Assembly (NCBI GenBank): GCA_040386535.1 | Contig: JAZKFH010000013.1 | Span: 224,577 to 288,576, forward strand | DNA: 64,000 nucleotides | Origin: Myxococcota bacterium | Lineage (GTDB): Bacteria; Myxococcota_A; UBA796; SXON01 | Direction of reading: 5' to 3' | In this document: positions 40,701 through 48,400 of the stretch, piece by piece | Layout of the letters: every line of letters begins with the position of its first letter | How positions within the stretch are numbered: position 1 is the stretch's first letter | Made by a program: the position numbers and the translations under genes | The notes under the pieces: generated by a model | What the model was told of the DNA's origin: nothing | Database searches by the model: none | The model's input: the letters and a program-made list of their open reading frames with translations, nothing else

Positions 40701-43681
40701 ATCCCCTCCGCGACTCGCTCGCCCCGCTGCGTGCCCTCGTACAGGAGGGCCTCGCCGAGGGCGATCCGCTGCACGCGGGCATCTGCGCCACCTTCTACCT
40801 GAACCACCTCGTGTTCTCCGGCGAGCCCCTCGACCGGGTGGTGGAGGAGGTCAACCGCGTGAACGAGCGGCTGCATCGGCACCGTCAGGACATCGCCGTC
40901 GAGACCAGCGCGCCCTTCGTGGCCCTCGCGCGCAGCCTCGAGAGCGGGCTCCCCCCCGTGGACGCCCCGCGGGACGGCGCGGCGCGCCCCTACCAGGTCT
41001 TCACGGTCAACTTCTGCGGCTGCGTGCGGGCCGTGTTGTCGGGGCGCGACGCCGACGCGCTCGCGTTTGCCCGCCTCGCTGATCCCGCCCGGGAGGCCGT
41101 GCGCGGTACGGTGAACGAGCCGCTGTTCCACTTCTACGCGGCGGTTGCCGCCGGTCGCCAGCTCGCGTTCGGGGCGGTCCGTGACCGCGCGACCTTGCGG
41201 CGCCTCCGGGTCGGGCTCGCGGAGATGCGGCGGTGCGCGCGCACCAACCCGGTCGACTACACGAGCCGGGTGGCGCTCCTCGAAGCGCTCGACACCTGCG
41301 TGCGTGGGAACCCCGCCAGCGCGCTGGCCGAGCTGGACGCCTCCGTGCGCTCGGCGCGCTCGCGCGGGGCGCCCCACGAAGCGGCGCTCGCGTTGGAGAC
41401 CGCGGCGCTCCTGCACGACGATCTCGGCGCCGAGGAGTCGAGTCGCCTCCTCCGGACCGCCGCCGCCGCCGCCTGGACTGCGTGGGGCTCCGCGTCCCTC
41501 GCATCCGCCGCGGGGGCGCGCGTCGGCGTCGCGTCGGGCCGCCTGCCCGTCGTCGCGGCGCCCGGACCCGACATCGAGGTGGTCCTGCGTGCCACCGAGG
41601 CGCTCGCCAGCGAAGTCGGCCGGGACGCGCTCCTGGCCTCCCTCGTCCGGCTCGCCGCGATGCAGGCGGGCGCGGAGCGTGTCGTCCTCGTGGGGGTGGA
41701 GGGCGAGGAGCTGCGCGTTCGTGCCGTCTACGAGCAGGGCGCGGTGGTGCTCCTCTCGGGCCAGCCGCTCGCCGAGTTCGACCGTGCGTGCGCCACCGCC
41801 GTGCGCCTCGCGGCCCGCACCGGCGAGCTCGTCTCGGAGCCCGACGCGAACCGGCCCGAGGCGTTCGGGCACGACCCGTGGGTGCGCGCCTCGGGCGTGC
41901 GCTCGGTGCTCGCGCTGCCCGTCTTCTTGCGCGGCGCCCTCGAGAGCGTCCTCCTCCTGGAGCACACCCATCGCTCCGCGGCCTTCGTGTCCACCGCCGG
42001 CACGTCATTGCGCGTGCTGGCCTCCGTGGCCACCGCCCTGCTGGAGAACGCCGGGCTGCTGGCGACCCTGGAGACACGCGCGGCCGAGCTCCACGCCGCC
42101 AACGCCACCCTCCACGCCCACAGCCTCCTCCTGGAGGGGGCCGTGCGCGCGCGCACCGCCGAGCTGGACGCGCTCACCCGTCTCCAGTCATCGGTGCTCG
42201 ACGCGCTCTCCGAGGGTGTCTGCGGCATCGCCGCCGACGGCCGGGTCACCTTCGCAAATCCCGCCGCCGCCTCGCTCCTGGGGCTCCCCATCGCCGCGCT
42301 GGTGGGCGCGCCCTTCCACGACACGTTCCACCTTATCGACAGGGCCGACCTGGGAGCGTGCCCGTTGTGTGCGTCCGCCTCGCCGCTCCAGGACGTCCCG
42401 GCCCGCCTGCGCCGGAGCGACGGCGAGGACCGGTGGGTCGAGTGCGCGGTCCAGCCGACCGGCGCGGGAGAGCGGGTCCTGTCGTTTCGGGACGTGGGGC
42501 GGCGCCGCGAGCTGGAGACGCAGGTGCGGCAGAGCCAGAAGATGGACGCCATCGGCCTGTTCGTCGGCGGGGTCGCCCACGAGTTCAACAACCTCCTCAC
42601 GCCGATCCTCGGGCGGGTCGACCTCGTCCGGGTGTCCCTCGGCCAGGATCACCCGCTCCAGGAGTCGCTCGCCAGCCTCGAGCAGGCCGGGGAGCGCGCG
42701 GCCGATCTCGTGCGGCAGCTCCGGGCGCTCGGCCGCCAGACCCAGCTGGAGCGCCGGCCCATCGAGCTCGCGGCCGCGGTCGACGAGGCGCTCGCGCTCG
42801 TCCGTCCCACGCTCGACCGCCGCGTGACCCTCACCTCCACCTTCGACGACAACACCTGGGCGCTCGCGGATCCCGGCCAGGTGCGGCAGATCCTCGTCAA
42901 CCTCTGCCAAAACGCCCGCGACGCCGTGCTCGGCGATGCGGTCGGCGACCGCCCGACGATGATCGACGTCGGGGTGCGCCGGATCGTCGTCACCGCGGAC
43001 GACGCCGCCCGCGACCCGTCGGCCTCCCCCGGCGCGTGGGTCGTGCTCGACGTGGCGGACACCGGCGCCGGGATGTCCCCCGAGGTGCTCGCCCGCATCT
43101 TCGAGCCCTTCTTCACCACCCGGCGCGTGGGGAAGGGGGCCGGGCTCGGCCTCGCGGTGCTCCACGGCATCGTGCAACAACACGGTGGCTGGGTGTCCGT
43201 CCGGAGCGCGGTGGGCGAGGGGACCCGCTTCCGGTGCGCGTTCCCGCCCACCCCACCCCCTGGACACGTCGCGGCGCCGGAGGCCCACCCGCCCGCGCCT
43301 CAGCCCGGCGGCCGCCACCGGATCCTGGTCGTGGACGACGAGGCCCTGGTGCGCAACGTGACGCGCAGCGCGCTCGAACACTACGGCTACGTGGTCGAGG
43401 AGGCGGTCAGCGGCGACCGCGCGCTCGAGCGCCTCCGGGACGCCCCCGCGCTCGACCTCGTCCTGCTCGATCGGATGATGCCCGGGCTCGACGGCTGGGG
43501 CACGCTGGCGGCCATCCGCGAGCGCTGGCCGACGCTCCCGGTCATCCTCATGAGCGGCTTCGACACCACCGCCAGCGACACGCGCGCCTCGCCGCCGGAC
43601 GCCCACGTGAACAAGCCCTTCCACGTCCGCGAGCTCATCGCCGCGGTGCGGCGGGTCATCGGCGAGCGCCCCGCTTCGTAG
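37787..43681 (+). CDS. Multidomain sensor: degenerate Ser/Thr kinase, AAA ATPase, helical region, GAF, PAS, histidine kinase, receiver (1964 aa)
   Basis: ATG 37787 (TGATG overlap); DARSDLHALG; GPAGIGKTT; LALDDLH; QGNPLF; FLHDRLQ; RSVLALP; ANPAA; AHEFNN; NARDA; DTGAG; GLGL; LVVDD..LLDRMMP..KPF. Confidence 0.9.
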   Translation: MGGLYQEGAAVDGPDHQPALVLDPGGDWSIRRGPHPSGRTCLWLVAPELATQTGAVVDILTRLDHPGVARLVAEGHASGRDVLVLEDPGGPSLASWRGARWSTSALLSLAEQVASALEALHGVGAVHGRLEMESFVLEAAAGAAVLVEVSSLARNVSRAEPWVGRRAPEQADGPPDARSDLHALGAILYELCTGRPVFHAADPLEQRHLALASRPIPPHVLEPGVPAGLSDLLLRLLATDPADRHASATELRADLAAARRVFEAREDIPPLRPSAPRGGLPLGAATDLIGRDAERGLLHDALARVAAGACVRVEVVGPAGIGKTTLIETLRSATLARGGCFGLGRVDPLRAPRPLGALAGALDEIAAQLVSGDAARLEHVRRAVARAVGPNGALIAALGHRLAWLVPDTDGPQRDEGVSAAAARLLDTVERFVVAVAAAAPPLVLALDDLHRADAETTRLFRTLTSAQDARHLLIVGGWRPDDDGAAPFNEAGASVTSPTDPSDGGALRVTLAGWGSETLVQAIRVAYGDLGAGEAPLSRLVQRRTQGNPLFVRAWLRHLQAAGAIVPDALGGRRVDLGLAATLDVGVGVAGMLVKQLQALPEDVRSLLAVGARIGGTFPSGLAGRALDREDAEARLALAADAGILSRVDDGCWRFLHDRLQQAALELLDGAAAAPLHARLGALLFAALDPEPEAEPLLRAVHQRLLGVSALHAPSERAELVRSCLRAARVARTTGAFAAALGFVDGAVALLRDPALRLPDEAAALYLEGARAAVLAAPDRVDTLIDALLAETTDPEIVATALELRVDHEVSRGDTNAALVATRVALERLGYHLPERVGKGHVVLSLLRAKFALRGRTPAMLLALPEVTDARAAAALRVLLRASTAAYLADPDLFAFLCGEMVRLGLRAGACPGTAWGVLVFAILQSTALRDPAGGYRLGEAACAMLARYAPHGLAAKTGSVWYATQHPTHHPLRDSLAPLRALVQEGLAEGDPLHAGICATFYLNHLVFSGEPLDRVVEEVNRVNERLHRHRQDIAVETSAPFVALARSLESGLPPVDAPRDGAARPYQVFTVNFCGCVRAVLSGRDADALAFARLADPAREAVRGTVNEPLFHFYAAVAAGRQLAFGAVRDRATLRRLRVGLAEMRRCARTNPVDYTSRVALLEALDTCVRGNPASALAELDASVRSARSRGAPHEAALALETAALLHDDLGAEESSRLLRTAAAAAWTAWGSASLASAAGARVGVASGRLPVVAAPGPDIEVVLRATEALASEVGRDALLASLVRLAAMQAGAERVVLVGVEGEELRVRAVYEQGAVVLLSGQPLAEFDRACATAVRLAARTGELVSEPDANRPEAFGHDPWVRASGVRSVLALPVFLRGALESVLLLEHTHRSAAFVSTAGTSLRVLASVATALLENAGLLATLETRAAELHAANATLHAHSLLLEGAVRARTAELDALTRLQSSVLDALSEGVCGIAADGRVTFANPAAASLLGLPIAALVGAPFHDTFHLIDRADLGACPLCASASPLQDVPARLRRSDGEDRWVECAVQPTGAGERVLSFRDVGRRRELETQVRQSQKMDAIGLFVGGVAHEFNNLLTPILGRVDLVRVSLGQDHPLQESLASLEQAGERAADLVRQLRALGRQTQLERRPIELAAAVDEALALVRPTLDRRVTLTSTFDDNTWALADPGQVRQILVNLCQNARDAVLGDAVGDRPTMIDVGVRRIVVTADDAARDPSASPGAWVVLDVADTGAGMSPEVLARIFEPFFTTRRVGKGAGLGLAVLHGIVQQHGGWVSVRSAVGEGTRFRCAFPPTPPPGHVAAPEAHPPAPQPGGRHRILVVDDEALVRNVTRSALEHYGYVVEEAVSGDRALERLRDAPALDLVLLDRMMPGLDGWGTLAAIRERWPTLPVILMSGFDTTASDTRASPPDAHVNKPFHVRELIAAVRRVIGERPAS

Positions 43682-43707
43682 GCCGATCCGAGCTCACCCC
43701 CCCCTTC

Positions 43708-44526
43708 TCACCCGGCCTGGAACCACCCGACGACCGCCTCGGGCGCGCTCTCCAGCCACGCGTGGCCCTCCGCGTCGTCCACCACGCGCTCCGTCGTGAT
43801 GCCGTCTTCTTCGAGGGCGCCCGCGTAGTCCTCCATGGTGCCGATGGGCACGATGGAATCGGCGCCGCCGTGCAGGAACAACACGGGCGGGTGATCCGTG
43901 GGCAACGCGGGGACGACACACAGCGGCCCGGCGCACGTGGCGTAGGAGGCGGACTGGATCGCGAGCGCGCGGAAGCGCCCCGGGTAGGCCACGGCCATCC
44001 GGCTCGTCATGTAGCCGCCGCTCGAGATGCCGGCGGCGAAGAGGCGGTCGGGGTCGAGGGGGCCGAGCTCCCCGGCGTCGAGCGCGTCCAGGATCCCGAC
44101 CATCAGCCGGTGATCGGGCGAGGCGGTCCACGCGAAGGACCACGGCGCGATGTTCGTGTCCCAATACGACGCGCCCTCGTAGCGGGCCTCGGGCGCGATC
44201 ACCGCGAAGCCCGCGGCGAGCAGCGCCGCCGTGACGCGCGCCTGGTGGAGCCCGCCGAAGAGGTCGCCCGCGTGCCCCTCCCAGACCCCGCGCGTGTCGA
44301 ACGACCCCTGGAACAGGATCGTGGCGGGCCAGCCCTCGGTGGGCGCCTCCCCCGCGGGGGTCTGGACGTGCACCTCGCGGGAGGCGAGGCCGGCCCGGAA
44401 GTGGATCGTGGCGTGCTCGCACGACACGGAGTCCTCCGTGACCTCGCATCGGGCCTCCGGGTCGAGCGCCAACGTCTGCGCGCCGACGCCGAAGGCGCAG
44501 CCGCCGAGGAGCAGCAGCGCTGTCAC
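43708..44526 (-). CDS. Extracellular mcl-polyhydroxyalkanoate depolymerase-like esterase (lipoprotein)
   Basis: GTG 44526; GWP...LFQGS, GISSGGYMTSRMA, SASYATC.GPLC.VP.LP.DHPP.LFLHG, GHAW match the Pseudomonas mcl-PhaZ pattern. Confidence 0.8.
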   Translation of the reverse strand: MTALLLLGGCAFGVGAQTLALDPEARCEVTEDSVSCEHATIHFRAGLASREVHVQTPAGEAPTEGWPATILFQGSFDTRGVWEGHAGDLFGGLHQARVTAALLAAGFAVIAPEARYEGASYWDTNIAPWSFAWTASPDHRLMVGILDALDAGELGPLDPDRLFAAGISSGGYMTSRMAVAYPGRFRALAIQSASYATCAGPLCVVPALPTDHPPVLFLHGGADSIVPIGTMEDYAGALEEDGITTERVVDDAEGHAWLESAPEAVVGWFQAG

Positions 44527-45455
44527 CGGATGCACGGGGCGGCGCCGAACAACACCTCCCACTGCCGACGATCGTGCGCCGGGAGGATCACGAGGTCCGG
44601 ATCGGCCCGATGGAGCTGCCAGAGCTGCTGGATCTGTTGATCGGTCGCGTCCCGGTCGCTGTCGAAGGAGGACGCGATCCACCCCTTCGGCTCCCGGGCC
44701 TCGTAGCCTTCGCGCACCCACACGGTGTCGCCCACGTGGAACAGGCGCCGCCCGTCCGCCAATCGCAGGAGCGTGCCGACGCTGCCGGGCGTGTGGCCGG
44801 GCATGGGCACGATCACGGCGGAGCCGTCGCCGTAGAGGTCCCACGAGGCGGGGTAGGGGCCGATCGGGGGGCCGTCGAACACGATGGGGCGGCCGCGCGG
44901 CCCGAGCGCACGGGCCTCGGCGGGGAGGAAGCTGCCCTTGCCGCCGGCGGAGACCGCGGAGGCCTCCTCCAGCTCGGCCGACGGCGCCCAGATCGGCACG
45001 CCGGGCAGATCGAGCAGCCCGCCGAGGTGGTCGAAGTGGCCGTGGGACACGATCGCGCCCTTCAGCCCCGCCGGGTCCACGCCGGCGAGGCGCACGGCCT
45101 CTTCGGGGGTGCCCGTGCGTGTCCAGCCCTTCGACGCCTGGCGCATCGCGAACCCGACGAGCCCCTTCACGTCGCGCATGGACGCTTCGTACCCGAGCCC
45201 CATCCCGCCATCGACGAGCCAGGTGCCGCCGGGGTGATCGAGGAGCAGGCCGCTCTGCGTGCTCGGCACGTCCTCCTTCAGCGCGCCGTGGGCGACCACC
45301 ATGCCCTTCGGCAGGGTGCCGGTGGCGAACTCGACCCGGCACACGACGAGGGCCGCGCCGCCCAGGCCGGGCGTCCCCATCGGAGAGGGGGCGGTGGCGG
45401 CCGTTTCGGGCTCGGCGATGCGATGGCCACAAGCGAGGGCGAGGAGGAGGAGCAT
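44523..45455 (-). CDS. Metallo-beta-lactamase-fold hydrolase lipoprotein (AHL-lactonase-like)
   Basis: MLLLLALAC; SHGHFDHLGG; DLYGDGS; PGHTPG; GD; PAHD. Confidence 0.85.
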   Translation of the reverse strand: MLLLLALACGHRIAEPETAATAPSPMGTPGLGGAALVVCRVEFATGTLPKGMVVAHGALKEDVPSTQSGLLLDHPGGTWLVDGGMGLGYEASMRDVKGLVGFAMRQASKGWTRTGTPEEAVRLAGVDPAGLKGAIVSHGHFDHLGGLLDLPGVPIWAPSAELEEASAVSAGGKGSFLPAEARALGPRGRPIVFDGPPIGPYPASWDLYGDGSAVIVPMPGHTPGSVGTLLRLADGRRLFHVGDTVWVREGYEAREPKGWIASSFDSDRDATDQQIQQLWQLHRADPDLVILPAHDRRQWEVLFGAAPCIR

Positions 45456-45464
45456 GCGCCCCTC

Positions 45465-48400
45465 TTACCCCGTCTTCGCCAGGTCTCCCCCCGCGAGCGT
45501 GCCCGCGAGCGCGCGCCCGGTCCAGCTGGCCTTCACCTTCTGGACCTTCTCCGGCGTGCCCTGCGCCACGACCTTCCCACCGAGCTCCCCGCCCTCGGGC
45601 CCCATGTCCACCACGTGGTCCGCGTGCCGGATCACGTCGAGGTGGTGCTCGACCACGATGACGGTGTTGCCGGCCTCGACGAGGCGGTCGAACACGGTGA
45701 CGAGCTTCTCGATGTCGGCGAGGTGCAGCCCGGTGGTGGGCTCGTCGAGCACGTAGAGGCACCGCTTCTGGCGCGCCGCCAGCCCGCAGGCGAGCTTGAC
45801 GCGCTGGGCCTCGCCGCCGGAGAGCTCGGTGCCGGGTTGGCCGAGCCGCACGTAGCCGAGCCCCACGTCCACCAGGGCCTGGAGCGGGCGCGCGATGGAG
45901 CGGTGGGCGGAGAAGAGCTCCAGCGCGTCGTCGACGCGCAGGTCGAGCACGTCGGCGATGGAGAGGCCCTTCCAGCGCACCTCCAAGGTCTCGCGTGCGT
46001 AGCGGCGGCCGGAGCACGCGTCACAGCGCACCCACACGTTGGAGAGAAAGTGCATCTCCACCAGCTCGCTGCCATACCCCCCACACACCGAGCAGCCGCC
46101 CGACTTGGTGTTGTAGGAGAACCGGCTGATGTCGTACCCGCGCTCCTTGGCGGTGTTGGTCGCGGCGAAGAGCGCGCGGAGCGGATCCATCACGCCCGCG
46201 TAGGTGGCGGGGGTGGAGCGCGGGCTCCGCCCGATCGGGCTCTGGTCCACCACCGCGAACGACCATTCGCCCTCGGGGAGCGTGACCTTTGCCGGCACGT
46301 CCCGCCCGGCCAGCCCGCCGACGAGAAGATCCATGATCAACGTGCTCTTGCCGCTCCCGCTCACGCCGGTGATGGCGATGAGCGTGTTGCTGGGCAAATC
46401 CACGTTGACCTTGTTCAGGTTGTTCCGCGTGGCGCCCTTGATGCGGATGGGCTCGCCGCCAGCGCGCCGGGTTGTCGGGACCGGGATGAACCGCTCGCCG
46501 CGGAGCCACGCGCCGGTGATGCTCTCCGGGCCGAGCTTGTCGGGGGGCGCCGAGCCGATCACGCGCCCGCCGTACTCGCCGGCGCCGGGCCCCAGATCGA
46601 TGACGTGGTCGGCGCGCCGGATGGTCTCCGGATCGTGCTCGACGACGACCAGGGTGTTCTCGTTGTCGGTCAGCTTCTCCAACGTGTCGAGCAGCCGCGC
46701 CGTGTCACGTGGGTGCAGCCCGATGGTGGGCTCGTCCAACACGTAGATGACACCTGTCAACCCGCCGCCGAGTTGGGAGGCGAGCCGGATGCGTTGGGCC
46801 TCGCCGCCCGACAACGTGTCCGCCGTGCGGCCCAGCGTGAGGAACCCGAGCCCGACGGACGAGAGGAACCCGAGGCGCGCGCGCACCTCGCGCAGGGGCT
46901 GCTCCGCGATGCGGGCGTCGAGCGCGTGGAGCTTCAGACCGGTGAACCACGTGCTCGCCTCGTCGACCGTCATCGCGCCGAGCGCGCCGATGCCCATGCC
47001 CGCGAAGCGTACGGCGAGCAGGCCCTCCTTGAGGCGGCCGCCCTTGCAGCCGGGGCAGGGGACGTAGACGCTGCCGAGCAGCTGGCGCCCGATGCCGTCA
47101 CACGCGGGGCAGGCGCCCAGCCAGTGGTTGAAGCTGAAGTGCCGCGGCGTGAGCGGCTCGGTGTGGATGCGGCCGTGATCCGGGCACTGAGCGGCTTGTG
47201 CCAGCGGCACCGTGGCCGTGGCGCCGTGGAAGGTCGCGCGGTCGTGCCCGAAGCGGTACGCCAGCGCGATCGCCTCGGCGACACGCGCGCGGTCGACGTC
47301 GTTGGGATCGAAGCGGTCGACGACGACGGCCGCCACGGTCTCCACGGTCTCGAGGTCGACCTCCTTCCCTCCGCTCTGCTTTCCTCCGGAACCGGCGACC
47401 CACCCGCGCACGAACCCCTGCTCCCGCAACCAACTCGACTTGGTACCCGCCGGCAGCTTCGCCACGAGGCGGCCCTTGCCCGGCCGCGTGCGCGCGAGGT
47501 GATCGGCGCCGCCGCTCGGCCCGAACGCGCGCACCTCGGCGTCACACGTGGGGCAATGGGGCACGCCCAGGTTGGCCCAGAGCAGGCGGAAGTGGTCCTG
47601 CAGCTCGGTCACCGTCGCAACCGTGGACCGCGCGTTCCCCCCGCTGTTGCGCTGGTCGATGGCGATCGAGGGCGCGAGCCCGCGCACCGAGTCGACCGGG
47701 GCGCGGTCGAGCCGGCCGAGGAACCGCCGCGCGTAGGTGGAGAGGCACTCGACGTAGCGGCGCTGGCCCTCGGCGAAGATCGTGTCGAACGCGAGGGAGG
47801 TCTTCCCCGAACCGCTCACGCCGGTCACGACGGTCATCTTCCCGCGGGGCAGCGACACGTCGATGCCACGGAGGTTGTTGCGCCGGGCGCCGCGGATCTC
47901 CAAATCGCCGCCGCCGGTGCCGTAGGACGCGGGCGGGCGCTCGGCGGCGAAGGCCACGGGCTGGCCCCCGAAGTCCTTGAGCGCGGCGAGCACGTGGCCC
48001 GTGGGGGTGTCGGTGCGCGCGATCTGCTCGGGGGTGCCGACCGCGAGCACGCGCCCGCCGCGGACGCCGCCCTCGGGGCCCATCTCGATGAGCAGGTCGG
48101 CGGTCTTCACCAGATCCGTGTTGTGCTCGATCACGAGCACGGTGTGGCCCACCTCTACCAGGGCCTGGAGCGCGCCGACCAGCACGCGCACGTCCTGGAA
48201 GTGCAGGCCGGTGGTCGGCTCGTCCAGCAGGTACACCGTGCGCCCGATGGCCTCGGTCCCGATGGCGCCGCGCTTCTTGACGGGCGGGCGGTGCAGCTCC
48301 GACGCGAGCTTGAGTCGTTGGGCCTCGCCGCCGGAGAGCGTGGTGGCGGTCTGCCCGAGGTGCACGTAGCCGAGGCCCACGCGCGCCATGGTCTCGAGGA

